Virus record (IMG/VR): IMGVR_UViG_2695420585_000012
DNA from: a virus
Lineage: Duplodnaviria > Heunggongvirae > Uroviricota > Caudoviricetes
Length of the DNA stretch: 37,418 nt
Strand: one strand, 5' to 3'
Below the pieces are notes generated by a model. The model was not told the origin of the DNA. It did no database searches and worked only from the letters and a program-made list of their open reading frames with translations. Of this stretch, positions 27,968 through 37,418 are shown piece after piece; position 1 is the first letter of the stretch; every line of letters begins with the position of its first letter. Both the position numbers and the translations under genes were made by a program.

Positions 27968-30382
27968 TTAATACAGGTTCCGCCACTTATCATCTTCCCA
28001 CAAACGCTGGTTCCGATAGAAGATACGCAAGCCTGCTCCTGACGGAATACTGCCGCCGCGAAGGAGTAAATCGACCTCTTTCTCGCTGCCATCAAATCCT
28101 CTGGACTTCAGCTCATAGACGAGCTGCAGTCGCTGATGGTCTGTAATTCGCTGTTTGTAGTCTTTACGCCGTTTCGGTTTAACCAGGCGTAACCTTGCTG
28201 CCAGTTCCCGGCGCTCTTTTTTGCTCATACTGTGCAGGTAATCGTGCAACTCCTTGTCATCCATGCGGGTAATGTCCGTTCTGGTGTCCCCATCAGCTGA
28301 TTTATCTTTCTCCTGTTGGTTCAAATTTTCAGCAAGGGGACAGTTATTGCCACGAGTCCAAGGGGCGCAAGCGCCCTGGTCGGCTGCCGCCTCCTGAACG
28401 TCAACGGCTTTACGAACCATTTTCCACTTCACTGCATGAGTGCAGATCTTGCCCTCTGCAATGGGTGACCAGATGCCATAAATACGAATGCCGTGATCGC
28501 CATAGGCGGTCGGCTCTTCGTTGATTTCATAAGCGGTTCTGATGAGGTGATATTTACGGGGAACCAGTACGCCGCCCTGCTTCATGATGTAGGTGGCAAA
28601 ACAACCAGCATCAGCAGCAGCCAGAATGGCATCAAGACGCGGGTTATCCAGTACCGGCACACCTGCTTTTTTGTCACCCTGTTGCCTTGCCGCCTGACCA
28701 GCCAGCAAGCGAAGTTCACGGTAAGCCTGACGCCCCGGAATACCAAAGAAGCGGAATTGCTGAACACGATGCAGAGACGCCCAGGCATTCACGTATTCAG
28801 CGTTATCACGCAGAGATTTACCCGTTTCCTTGCTGATCTCGCCAGCCAGACCACGACCGTCAATGTTCTTACTGATATATTTCGCGATGTAGCTTGTCGG
28901 CGTTCCTTTGCGCGGGTTAATCAACTCAGACTTAAAGCGCGGCCCAGTGTTATTGCCCAGCTCCTCGCGGTCTTCACGGATGGCAAACTTACGCAGTAAT
29001 GCAGTGATGGCACGGCGGTCTTTTTTGCGCATGAAACACAACAGGTGCCAGTGAACTGTGCCATCATGATGCGGCTCAGCCACCCGCACGCCATACCAGC
29101 GCAACCCGGCTTTGTGCATCGCCTTACGAAATGCAGCAAACATGCCGACCAGATAATCGCTGCTTTGTCTTACCGTCGCGTTTGTCCAGGTCGGGTTTGG
29201 TCTGCCGTTATTTAGCGTGGAATGGAAACGCGACGGACAGGTGATAGTGTAGAAAACGGCGCAGTCACCGCGCATTTCCGCGATAAGCTCCAGACCTTTA
29301 ACACAGGCCATCATCTCATTGCGGCGATGCGCAGGGTTGCTGCTGCTGGCGTTTACCACATCCTCCATGTCCAGCGTGTCGCCGTCTTCGTGCACCAGTT
29401 CATGAGAACGGAAAAACTCCAGCGACTTACGGCGCTGCTCACGTTTATGCATCACGGCTTCATAGCTGACATAAGGAGATGCTTTTTTGCTGACCAGGCA
29501 AACAGCGCGCAACTGCTCTTCCCGCCATTCGCAACGCATCTTCCATAATTTCCGATACCACCAGTCGGCGCACAACATACGCGCCAGCGAACCCGGAATG
29601 AGTTCATAGGGCACGGGTTTACGGCGGTTTCTTTTCCGACGGAGTTGCTCAAACGCAGGTGGGATGACATCCAGACGCAGGGTTTCCGCTGCCACCTTTT
29701 CCCATGTCTTGCGGATTTCTTCTGGCTTAACGTCATCGGTGGCATACAAATCACCACAAGCTGCATCAAGGCACATACTCATATGCGCAGCTACCAGGGT
29801 GGACAGGCGTTTCACCTGATCCTGACTCATTTCAGGCAGGATCAGCAGGCCGTCCAGCCCTTCATGGCTTGCCATAAAGCGAAAAGATGCAGATAGCTGA
29901 CTGTCGCGTACATGCTCCAGTCGTTCCAGACATGGCTTAATCGTCTCACGTAAATAGCGGGAATAAGCCTTTGGCCTGCCCAGGCTGCTGAAGTATTCAA
30001 TACGTTGCATCAGCGGCTTGCTGATATGGGAAGGCTGGGCGTTGACGTCCGCCAGAATGACCATGTCTGAATTAAAACGCTGCTGCTCATGCGCCAGCTT
30101 TGCCCGGCTAATGAGCTTATCCTGCTCCATTTCGCGCTGGACAGGATCACGTGATTCATTAAAGAAATAACGCTCCCAGACCTGATCACTCAGTGCCTCG
30201 CGGCGCAACTGTTCCTGCTCGTTATCGGCAGCGTACAGAGTGATCAGGTTTGAAAGCGTAGAAACCGGCGCAACTTCCGCCGGGTCCAGATAAGGGTTAA
30301 TGGCCTTTTTCGGGCTGTTCCATGAGAATGCTGCGGCAGCCTCGTTAAAGCCGCAGCAGTTGTTCATATCGGCATGACTCAT
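27968..30382 (-). CDS. A: Replication initiation protein gpA (rolling-circle nickase)
   Basis: 804-aa ORF, P2 gpA-like size and early-operon position. Confidence 0.85.
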   Translation of the reverse strand: MSHADMNNCCGFNEAAAAFSWNSPKKAINPYLDPAEVAPVSTLSNLITLYAADNEQEQLRREALSDQVWERYFFNESRDPVQREMEQDKLISRAKLAHEQQRFNSDMVILADVNAQPSHISKPLMQRIEYFSSLGRPKAYSRYLRETIKPCLERLEHVRDSQLSASFRFMASHEGLDGLLILPEMSQDQVKRLSTLVAAHMSMCLDAACGDLYATDDVKPEEIRKTWEKVAAETLRLDVIPPAFEQLRRKRNRRKPVPYELIPGSLARMLCADWWYRKLWKMRCEWREEQLRAVCLVSKKASPYVSYEAVMHKREQRRKSLEFFRSHELVHEDGDTLDMEDVVNASSSNPAHRRNEMMACVKGLELIAEMRGDCAVFYTITCPSRFHSTLNNGRPNPTWTNATVRQSSDYLVGMFAAFRKAMHKAGLRWYGVRVAEPHHDGTVHWHLLCFMRKKDRRAITALLRKFAIREDREELGNNTGPRFKSELINPRKGTPTSYIAKYISKNIDGRGLAGEISKETGKSLRDNAEYVNAWASLHRVQQFRFFGIPGRQAYRELRLLAGQAARQQGDKKAGVPVLDNPRLDAILAAADAGCFATYIMKQGGVLVPRKYHLIRTAYEINEEPTAYGDHGIRIYGIWSPIAEGKICTHAVKWKMVRKAVDVQEAAADQGACAPWTRGNNCPLAENLNQQEKDKSADGDTRTDITRMDDKELHDYLHSMSKKERRELAARLRLVKPKRRKDYKQRITDHQRLQLVYELKSRGFDGSEKEVDLLLRGGSIPSGAGLRIFYRNQRLWEDDKWRNLY

Positions 30383-31236
30383 GCACGTACTCCGTACACG
30401 GCAGAACTATCCACGCCACGCGAATAATCAAATCCCATCCAGCAGCGCGGCCCGGAAACAGCAATGATTTCTGTTGCTGATTTACCCTCGCCAGCTGCCA
30501 CACCGATGCTGCGTTTTACCTTGATATAGTGGTGAGTAAAATTGCGATACAGCGAACGGATCAGGGATGTGTCACTGTTAGAAACAATGACCGGATGTCC
30601 TTCTGATGACCGATGTTCAAGAACGGATGCCAGGTGATACTGGTCATCTTCAGTGAAACCATCAGTGTGATAGCCGGAAAACGTACCGTCATATGGCGGA
30701 TCGCAATACACCACATCTCCCGCCTTCAACATCGCCAGCGTTTCATCAAAGCTGGCGCAGATAAACGTTGCTCGCTGGGCTTTTTCTGCAAATGTGCGAA
30801 GTTCTTTTTCAGGGAAATACGGATTTTTATAATTACCGTAGGGAATGTTGAAATGCCCGCTCTTGTTATAGCGACATAAACCACGGTAACCGTGACGATT
30901 GAGATACAGGAAATATACCGCTTTCATGAAATCAGTAATTTCAGTTGAGCAGTTAAACTCCTGCCTTATGTTGTAATAAGCCACCTCCCTGTTTGCGATC
31001 TCAAATAAAACTCTGGCGCGAGATATAAACGATTCACAATCAGCGGCAACCTTTTTATAGAGGTTGATTAAATCAGGATTAATATCCGCAACCAGATAGC
31101 TGGGATAATCCGTTTCCATCATCACAGCACAGGAACCCGCGAAAGGTTCAACCAGTCGCGGGCCAGCAGGAAGGTATTTTTTCAGTTCTGGCATAATGGC
31201 GGTTTTATTTCCCGCCCATTTCAGGATGGTGCTCAT
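30379..31236 (-). CDS. DNA adenine methyltransferase (Dam-like)
   Basis: Motifs LKWAGNK near the N-terminus and DPPY; start placed at [11 protein letters not shown] overlapping the upstream stop. Confidence 0.85.
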   Translation of the reverse strand: MSTILKWAGNKTAIMPELKKYLPAGPRLVEPFAGSCAVMMETDYPSYLVADINPDLINLYKKVAADCESFISRARVLFEIANREVAYYNIRQEFNCSTEITDFMKAVYFLYLNRHGYRGLCRYNKSGHFNIPYGNYKNPYFPEKELRTFAEKAQRATFICASFDETLAMLKAGDVVYCDPPYDGTFSGYHTDGFTEDDQYHLASVLEHRSSEGHPVIVSNSDTSLIRSLYRNFTHHYIKVKRSIGVAAGEGKSATEIIAVSGPRCWMGFDYSRGVDSSAVYGVRA

Positions 31237-31460
31237 ACAGCACCTCCGTTGTAATGTTTGCCTTTCAGTTCTGCGATTTCCTGACAGGTAATGCAAAGCT
31301 GCACACCCGGAATGGCGCGGCGTCGTGCTGGCGGAATTGGAGCTTCACACTCAATGCAAAGCACACGAGACACGCCCGGTGTTTTGGCACGGGCAGCACG
31401 GATATGGCGCTGGCGTTCTTCTTCAACGCGCTGCTGTACGAGATCCATTGCATCAGCCAT
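31233..31460 (-). CDS. TraR/DksA-family C4 zinc-finger protein
   Basis: 75-aa ORF with CIECEAP...CITCQ (CxxC-x17-CxxC). Confidence 0.75.
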   Translation of the reverse strand: MADAMDLVQQRVEEERQRHIRAARAKTPGVSRVLCIECEAPIPPARRRAIPGVQLCITCQEIAELKGKHYNGGAV

Positions 31461-31699
31461 TAGTGGATCTCCTGCGCTTCGTTCTGGATTGCTTCAGCAG
31501 TCACACGCAGCAGTTCTGCCGCTTCCACGTGGTTTAGCTGACGGGATGAGATATGACACGCCAGGCTATCAAGGCGAGCTGCCATTGCTTCAGCCCTTGC
31601 CCGGCGTTCTTCCAGACGAGCCTCTGTCAGTAAAATATTAAGCCCTGCGTCATCCGGTCCGGTTTTAGTCGTGAGGGTTTCAATATTACGCATAATCAA
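31460..31699 (-). CDS. Hypothetical early protein
   Basis: 79-aa ORF tightly packed in the early operon. Confidence 0.5.
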   Translation of the reverse strand: MIMRNIETLTTKTGPDDAGLNILLTEARLEERRARAEAMAARLDSLACHISSRQLNHVEAAELLRVTAEAIQNEAQEIH

Positions 31700-31760
31700 T
31701 TCTCCTGAATTTAGATAAAGGGATGCCCGGCGGGTTTACGCCATTAATTTCATTAGTTGG

Positions 31761-32102
31761 TTAATTCGGCATGGTTAGCCGTCTGGGAAATAAGCTCACC
31801 ACTGCACGAAAATGATTCATTGCTTTAATCAACTCCCGCTTTTCGTCAGTGGTCAGCTCATTAATGCTGATGCTATGACGTTCAGCTGGAATTTTTGCCA
31901 TAAAGAATATGGCAGCCAGTGCTCGTTTATTTTGTTCGTTATTGATATCCCGTGGATCACGCATATCTTTAATAAACCGCTCAAGCTCTGACTCAATATT
32001 CAGGCCAAAAACTTTCGCCCTTAACTCCGCAATATGGTTAAGTCCATTCAGCCGTTCACCGGGGCTTAATGGAACAGTCGCCGCAGCGCCTTCAATAGCC
32101 AT
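31761..32102 (-). CDS. Hypothetical early protein
   Basis: 113-aa ORF in the early operon; start uncertain because of 37-nt overlap with the upstream ORF. Confidence 0.45.
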   Translation of the reverse strand: MAIEGAAATVPLSPGERLNGLNHIAELRAKVFGLNIESELERFIKDMRDPRDINNEQNKRALAAIFFMAKIPAERHSISINELTTDEKRELIKAMNHFRAVVSLFPRRLTMPN

Positions 32103-32272
32103 TTGTTCCCCCGTTTTTTCGTAGATAGTTCTGCCAGCAATTCATCTTGTAAACGGCACGGATGCCAGCGTTTACCATCCTCCCCCATGATCCAGCCGTG
32201 ACCGTAGTGCATTGCCGGGCTTTGTTTTACCAGCAGCGATGCAAATGATGGTTCTTTCGTCAGCATAAGCAC
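32066..32272 (-). CDS. Hypothetical small early protein
   Basis: 68-aa ORF directly downstream of the CII-like gene. Confidence 0.4.
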   Translation of the reverse strand: MLMLTKEPSFASLLVKQSPAMHYGHGWIMGEDGKRWHPCRLQDELLAELSTKKRGNKWLLKALRRLFH

Positions 32273-32273
32273 C

Positions 32274-32792
32274 TCACAGCAAACCGAATGAGGCGCCGAG
32301 GCCAGTCACGGTATCAACTGCACTCGCCATCGCAGGGTTAGCCTGTAAACGGGCCTGCAATGAAACAGCAGCCAGCGCCATCAGTCGTGTTACAGAGTTA
32401 ATGCTGCTGATAGCATCACGACGACCTGCACTGGTTTTTACATCGCCAGATACCGCACCTGCAGCAACACGCCCGATCTCTGCGGTTGCACTCATGACGT
32501 AATGCGGCAGTTTCTCTTTTGCTACCTCATTAATCGGTACACATGGCAGGCAGTGAATCTGTGCCAGAAAACCATCTATCAGCGTTGAATCTTCAGTCAG
32601 ATCGGTAAGCAGCCAGATTTCTGGTGCGGTTAATAAATGAGGTTGAGCTGGGTTCAGCTTGTTCCGCAGAATCTGCACATTCATGCCTGCACGTTCTGCC
32701 AGTTGCACCAGGTTGTGGCGCAATGCGAATGCACGACAGGCTTCATCAAAATGTGGATGTTTGGAAACTTGGTAATCAAACATAGTCGACAT
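32274..32792 (-). CDS. Phage regulatory protein CII-like (186 CII family)
   Basis: 172-aa ORF downstream of the Apl/Cox-like gene; resembles recalled 186 CII-type proteins. Confidence 0.6.
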   Translation of the reverse strand: MSTMFDYQVSKHPHFDEACRAFALRHNLVQLAERAGMNVQILRNKLNPAQPHLLTAPEIWLLTDLTEDSTLIDGFLAQIHCLPCVPINEVAKEKLPHYVMSATAEIGRVAAGAVSGDVKTSAGRRDAISSINSVTRLMALAAVSLQARLQANPAMASAVDTVTGLGASFGLL

Positions 32793-32815
32793 CCCTGATG
32801 TATCTCAAAATGGAA

Positions 32816-33037
32816 CTAGTTGAATACAACATTGCAATCAGTCAGTGCATCAACGGTAAGAGCAGCAAGGTTGATCATTACCTTTTCTCTTTTCTTGTCT
32901 TTACGGAGACGATGCCGAGGGATGCGACCATCAGCCAGCATATCGTTGATTGTGTCGATCGAAAGACCAGTAAGTTCGCTATAACGCTCAATTGTGACGT
33001 GTGGCGTATTCAGAGTTATTGAAATGTTAGGGGTCAT
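32816..33037 (-). CDS. Apl/Cox-like HTH excisionase / switch regulator
   Basis: 73 aa from ATG with AGGAG upstream; divergent from the repressor; first early gene. Confidence 0.55.
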   Translation of the reverse strand: MTPNISITLNTPHVTIERYSELTGLSIDTINDMLADGRIPRHRLRKDKKREKVMINLAALTVDALTDCNVVFN

Positions 33038-33125
33038 GATGCAACATCTCCTATTGTCTTGTGATAAGCAGGTTTTAATCGTGACTTCAACTTCACAAAT
33101 CGGAGAATAGGATCGCAAAACGGAT
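33038..33125. promoter_or_regulatory. Lysis-lysogeny switch region (divergent early and repressor promoters/operators)
   Basis: 88-bp gap between divergently transcribed Apl-like and CI-like genes; individual operators not resolved. Confidence 0.4.
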
Positions 33126-34082
33126 ATGTCAACACACAAAATCACATTTCGCCATGTTGATGATGCAATGAAAACTGTAATCATGCAGAATCGTGGAGGA
33201 CAACAGGTCATTGACCGAATTTTGAAAGCTTATGGCTTCACTTCACGTCAAGCATTCTGTAACCACTTAGGGATATCCCAAAGCACAATGGCGAACAGAT
33301 ATGCTCGTGATACCTTCCCTGCCGACTGGGTCATAATCTGCAGCATGGAAACTGGCGTGTCGGTTGAATGGTTGGCATTTGGTACCGATAACACAGTAGA
33401 GGCTGTCACACATAATACAGAACAGAACCACCATAAAGATGGTAAGGAGATTCATTCTCTCACTTTAGACACAAAATCCCCAAATGAGAACAATACTCAC
33501 CGAAAGAACGAGAGCCTCATTGAGGTTAATCAAGGAGGAAAAGCGGCAATCGAGCGAATAGTTATCGCCTATGGATTTAAGACAAGGCAAGCTCTAGCGG
33601 ATCACATTGGTGTTTCAAAAAGCACATTAGCCAATCGTTACATGAGAGATACCTTTCCAGCTGATTGGATCATCCAGTGCGCACTTGAAACCGGAGCTTC
33701 ATTAATGTGGCTAACAACCGGTAATGGTCCTGTCTTTGAAGACGCTAAGAGCGATATTATTGCTATCACACGGAAAAAAGTTATAAATGGTATGTTGTTT
33801 GATACAAATTATCTCCCTTTTGATAAAACCATGTTACCCAGCAAGGTGAAAAAACCCATATCTATAGTAGATGAAGGAAATGTATATCTTGCAGACAAAG
33901 CATTTGATGAAGTAACCGATGGAAAATGGTTAGTTGAAATCGAAGGAAAATTTAGTGTTAGAGATCTAACCAGAATTCCAATTGCAAAAGTAAAAGTATC
34001 TAATGAAAGTACAACTTTTGAATGTCTATTAGCGGATATTAATGTAATAGCAAAATGTTTTGGTATATATAAGGATATTTAA
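33126..34082 (+). CDS. CI-like immunity repressor with duplicated N-terminal domain
   Basis: 318-aa ORF; two ~62-aa repeats each with an AYGF...ANRY.RDTFPADW...ETG...WL.G pattern, ~58% identical to each other, then a C-terminal domain; resemblance to 186 CI is from memory. Confidence 0.7.
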   Translation: MSTHKITFRHVDDAMKTVIMQNRGGQQVIDRILKAYGFTSRQAFCNHLGISQSTMANRYARDTFPADWVIICSMETGVSVEWLAFGTDNTVEAVTHNTEQNHHKDGKEIHSLTLDTKSPNENNTHRKNESLIEVNQGGKAAIERIVIAYGFKTRQALADHIGVSKSTLANRYMRDTFPADWIIQCALETGASLMWLTTGNGPVFEDAKSDIIAITRKKVINGMLFDTNYLPFDKTMLPSKVKKPISIVDEGNVYLADKAFDEVTDGKWLVEIEGKFSVRDLTRIPIAKVKVSNESTTFECLLADINVIAKCFGIYKDI

Positions 34083-34865
34083 ATGACAGACCTTCCTAAC
34101 AATGAAGAGATGCTTCTTTATGCCAAAAGGAACCTTGAGTTTTTCATTAAAACATTCTACTTACACTTTTATTCTGACATTGAGTTATTGCAAGCCCCAG
34201 CTCAACCTGAAACAGAAGAACAACGACTGAAACGCTTAATATCCGAAAAAGAGAGTTTCTTTCAATCTGGCTTGGTAATACTTTTTAATTCTGCTGAAAT
34301 ATATCTAAAGTCTATAATTGCTGAGCATAGTGTTTATTTACTTTTAAAAGAAGTAAAAGACTGCTATAAAAACAAATCTTTTTTCGAATGTTCAACATTA
34401 GACGCAACCGAACTACATAGAATAGCACAAAGTATCAGTGGGCGAAATCTTTCACCGCGCTTTAATGAAATTTATGATATTTTGCGCAAAGAAAGAAATA
34501 AAGTAATTCACTTAGGTAAAAGTAATAATAAAGAAATACGTAAAGACTTTTTAAGTGCATTTCTAATTTTTCGAGAGGAGATATATCAAGAGCCTCTTAA
34601 TAACCTGGTTCATTGCTTGATAAATGATAAAAACATGCCTGAACAAAAATTAGTCGAGGCAAAGAAAAACTATGCAGCAAGCATTATAGACATGATGAAA
34701 ATATTTTTTCCTTTAGATGATATTTTAGCCAACATATATAAGATTGATGGAAAACCGAAAAATTGGAATGTTTGTACTAATTGTCAAACTCCGGGGAAAA
34801 CACTCGCCGTCATATCTAAAACTAAATCAATTTGCTTATCATGTGATTTTAAAATAGGATTGTAA
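34083..34865 (+). CDS. Hypothetical cargo protein with HEPN-like RNxxxH motif and C-terminal CxxC...CxxC ribbon
   Basis: 260-aa AT-rich ORF starting immediately after the repressor stop; motif ILRKERNKVIHLG; C-terminal CTNCQ...CLSCD. Confidence 0.55.
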   Translation: MTDLPNNEEMLLYAKRNLEFFIKTFYLHFYSDIELLQAPAQPETEEQRLKRLISEKESFFQSGLVILFNSAEIYLKSIIAEHSVYLLLKEVKDCYKNKSFFECSTLDATELHRIAQSISGRNLSPRFNEIYDILRKERNKVIHLGKSNNKEIRKDFLSAFLIFREEIYQEPLNNLVHCLINDKNMPEQKLVEAKKNYAASIIDMMKIFFPLDDILANIYKIDGKPKNWNVCTNCQTPGKTLAVISKTKSICLSCDFKIGL

Positions 34866-34867
34866 AC

Positions 34868-35938
34868 ATGGAAAACTTAAAATACATACCTTTTAATCAA
34901 GTAGATTTTTCTGATGTTTTTTTTGACTCTTTAAAATCCGATTATGCTCATGGGTTTATTGATTGGTTCCATTCTAAATGTAAATCAAATGATTATGCAT
35001 ATGTCCTTTATGATGAACAAAATAAAATTGATGGTTTTTTGTATCTAAAAACAGAAGTAGGTATCATTGAAGATACAAAACCAAATATTCCTGATGGTAT
35101 TCATCTAAAAGTTGGAACATTTAAATTTAATCCAAAAGGAACTCTTCGTGGTCAACGATTTTTAAAAAAAATATTCGATCACGCTCTAGATAATAATGCT
35201 AACAATATATATGTGACTGTTTTTGAAAAACATGACTACTTAATTAGACTATTCAAAATCTATGGCTTTATAGATATTGGAGTAAAAGAATCTGAAAATG
35301 GTGTAGAGCGAGTACTAATAAAAGAAATGAATAGTAATGCTCTTACGGGCGATATACTGTCAGATTATCCATTTATTAATAACAGAGGCAGTGAAAATAA
35401 ATTCTTGCTTTCAATATACCCCGTATTTCATACTCGTTTATTCCCTGACTCAAAATTAATTACAGAGTCACCAGACGTTGTTGCTGATGTATCATATGCA
35501 AATAGCATTAGAAAAGTATATATTTGTGGCATGTCAGATGTTGAATTAATGAAGCCAAACGATATAATCGTTATATACCGAACATCCGATAATCAAGGGC
35601 CTGCATATTACCGTTCTGTTGCTACTTCTTTATGTGTAGTAGAAAAAGTTAGAAATATAAACTCTTTCGTTACAGAGAAAGAATTTCTAAATTACTGTTC
35701 TAGATATTCTGTTTTTACAGAATCTGAGCTTAAAAGTTTTTATAGAACAAAAAAATACCCATATATTATAAGCTTTACATATAACCTTGCTTTGCCCAAA
35801 AGACTAAATCGTGCTAAACTTATTTCTGAAGTAGGATTATCCCCGCGAGCTTACTGGGGGATCATGAAGTTAACAAACGAACAGTTTAATAGCATTATTA
35901 AACTTGGTGGCGTCAATGAAAGTATTATTGTCAATTAA
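34868..35938 (+). CDS. Hypothetical cargo protein, possible GNAT-like N-terminal domain
   Basis: 356-aa AT-rich ORF 2 nt after the preceding stop; segment GTFKFNPKGTLRGQRFLKKIFDHAL...YGFIDIG loosely resembles a GNAT acetyl-CoA-binding region; C-terminal half unassigned. Confidence 0.45.
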   Translation: MENLKYIPFNQVDFSDVFFDSLKSDYAHGFIDWFHSKCKSNDYAYVLYDEQNKIDGFLYLKTEVGIIEDTKPNIPDGIHLKVGTFKFNPKGTLRGQRFLKKIFDHALDNNANNIYVTVFEKHDYLIRLFKIYGFIDIGVKESENGVERVLIKEMNSNALTGDILSDYPFINNRGSENKFLLSIYPVFHTRLFPDSKLITESPDVVADVSYANSIRKVYICGMSDVELMKPNDIIVIYRTSDNQGPAYYRSVATSLCVVEKVRNINSFVTEKEFLNYCSRYSVFTESELKSFYRTKKYPYIISFTYNLALPKRLNRAKLISEVGLSPRAYWGIMKLTNEQFNSIIKLGGVNESIIVN

Positions 35939-36287
35939 CCCAGAGCATGTAGAAAAAATCCTTAATGGAACAAAGAAATTTGAATTCCGAAAAGGAATTT
36001 TCAAAAAACCGGATGTAAAATCTGTGGTTATTTATTCAACAATGCCTGTCGGTAAAGTTGTTGCTGAATTTGACATTGCAGATGTTATAGAAGACAAGCC
36101 AAGTATTGTATGGGAAAAAACAAGCCAATACGCAGGTATCAGCAAACAATTTTTTGACTCATATTTTCATAGCAAAGAAAAAGCCTTTGCTATAGAAATT
36201 GGCAATCTAAAAATCTATGATCAACCGCTTCATCTAAGTTCATTAGGTGATAACATAACGGCCCCGCAATCATATCGGTACTTATGA
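35916..36287 (+). CDS. ASCH-domain (PUA-like) protein, cargo
   Basis: About 123 aa from MKVLLSINPEHVEKILNGTKKFEFRK, matching the ASCH hallmark GxKxxExR as in E. coli YqfB; overlaps the end of the preceding gene. Confidence 0.6.
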   Translation: MKVLLSINPEHVEKILNGTKKFEFRKGIFKKPDVKSVVIYSTMPVGKVVAEFDIADVIEDKPSIVWEKTSQYAGISKQFFDSYFHSKEKAFAIEIGNLKIYDQPLHLSSLGDNITAPQSYRYL

Positions 36288-36365
36288 TGTATGTAACCTC
36301 AAGCATCATACATTGACACTGGTTATACATACAGTAAAAATGCTCTCCACTGGAGGGCATTTTTT

Positions 36366-37418
36366 ATGGCAGTACGAAAACTCACCACAGGAAAATGGCT
36401 TTGCGAATGTTACCCCGCCGGACGCAGTGGGCGTCGTGTGCGTAAACAATTCGCCACCAAAGGCGAAGCACTGGCTTTTGAGCGCCACACGATGGAAGAA
36501 ACCGAAGCAAAGCCCTGGCTGGGTGAATCAGTGGATCGTCGAACACTGAAAGACGTGGTTGAGCTATGGTTCAAACTACATGGTAAATCTCTGACAGCTG
36601 GGCAGCATGTCTATGACAAATTGCTGTTGATGGTTGACGCTCTGGGCAATCCTCTTGCAACCGATCTCACCTCTAAAATGTTTGCCCACTATCGAGATAA
36701 ACGCCTGACAGGCGAGATCTACTTCAGCGAGAAATGGAAGAAAGGAGCAAGCCCGGTCACCATTAACCTGGAGCAAAGCTATCTAAGTAGTGTTTTTAGC
36801 GAACTATCCCGTCTGGGCGAATGGTCGTATCCGAACCCACTGGAGAACATGCGAAAATTCACCATCGCAGAAAAAGAGATGGCATGGCTTACCCATGAGC
36901 AGATTGTTGAATTGCTGGCTGATTGCAAACGTCAGGACCCAATTCTGGCACTGGTAGTTAAGATATGCTTAAGCACAGGCGCACGCTGGCGTGAAGCCGT
37001 AAATCTTACCCGCTCACAGGTGACCAAATACCGAATTACCTTTGTCAGAACGAAGGGGAAGAAAAACAGAAGCATCCCTATCAGTAAAGAGCTTTACGAA
37101 GAGATCATGGCGCTTGATGGGTTCAATTTCTTCACAGACTGCTATTTTCAATTTTTATCCGTGATGGAAAAAACGTCTATCGTGCTCCCTCGCGGTCAAC
37201 TCACACACGTTCTGCGCCATACGTTTGCGGCGCACTTCATGATGTCGGGTGGAAACATTCTGGCCTTACAAAAAATTCTCGGACACCACGATATAAAAAT
37301 GACTATGCGTTACGCACATCTGGCACCGGATCATCTAGAAACGGCGCTCCGTTTCAATCCTCTGGCAACGCTGCCAAGTGGCGACAAAGTGGCGGCAGCG
37401 GTTGGCATTACCCCGTAA
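36366..37418 (+). CDS. int: Tyrosine integrase (P2 Int family)
   Basis: 350-aa ORF with conserved C-terminal R...HxxR...Y catalytic region (LSTGARWREA, HVLRHTFAAHF, RYAHL); stop codon is the last 3 nt of the window. Confidence 0.9.
   Translation: MAVRKLTTGKWLCECYPAGRSGRRVRKQFATKGEALAFERHTMEETEAKPWLGESVDRRTLKDVVELWFKLHGKSLTAGQHVYDKLLLMVDALGNPLATDLTSKMFAHYRDKRLTGEIYFSEKWKKGASPVTINLEQSYLSSVFSELSRLGEWSYPNPLENMRKFTIAEKEMAWLTHEQIVELLADCKRQDPILALVVKICLSTGARWREAVNLTRSQVTKYRITFVRTKGKKNRSIPISKELYEEIMALDGFNFFTDCYFQFLSVMEKTSIVLPRGQLTHVLRHTFAAHFMMSGGNILALQKILGHHDIKMTMRYAHLAPDHLETALRFNPLATLPSGDKVAAAVGITP

Noticed and set aside
32816-33211. 131-aa version of the Apl/Cox-like ORF
   Set aside because: Its 5' extension overlaps the repressor start on the opposite strand and lacks a ribosome-binding site; the internal ATG at 33037 has AGGAG upstream and gives a typical ~73-aa Cox/Apl-sized protein.
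1-37418. Search for tRNA, rRNA, CRISPR repeats or IS-element inverted repeats
   Set aside because: By eye there is no cloverleaf-like conserved tRNA signature near the prophage junction, no regularly spaced direct repeats, and no transposase-like ORF; the only recombinases are the phage integrase and the fibre invertase.

Overview
The window holds about 2.7 kb of Escherichia-type chromosomal backbone (grxA, ybjM, ybjL) followed by an apparently complete P2/186-family myovirus prophage that runs from about 2.8 kb to the window end at 37,418. Prophage order on this strand is: ogr, tail genes (D, U, T, E/E', FII, FI), a DNA invertase with an invertible tail-fibre segment, fibre and baseplate genes (H, I, J, W, V), tail completion and lysis genes (S, R, LysC/B/A, K, Y), head genes (X, L, M, N, O), terminase P and portal Q, a cos-like site, replication gene A, Dam methylase, 186-like early genes (CII-like, Apl/Cox-like), a CI-like repressor, and the integrase, which ends exactly at the window edge so attL is not visible. 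Three AT-rich cargo loci interrupt this conserved backbone and are the best candidates for undescribed systems: (1) a STAS-like plus GHKL-ATPase gene pair between Q and cos; (2) a 389-aa protein with an RNxxxH (HEPN-like) motif between cos and a LexA-box-controlled small gene; (3) a three-gene cassette fused into the cI-int lysogenic operon (HEPN-like with zinc ribbon, GNAT-like 356-aa protein, ASCH-domain protein). Other sequence-supported features are a TTTTTTG -1 frameshift site giving E+E', TTGT-N12-ACAA dyads upstream of three late operons, a 22-bp inverted repeat bounding a roughly 1.5 kb invertible fibre segment, and a CI-like repressor with a tandemly duplicated N-terminal domain. No rRNA, tRNA, CRISPR array or IS element was recognised. 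Protein identifications rest on recalled similarity to P2/186/E. coli proteins and visible motifs, not on database searches; hand-counted motif coordinates may be off by 1-2 nt.
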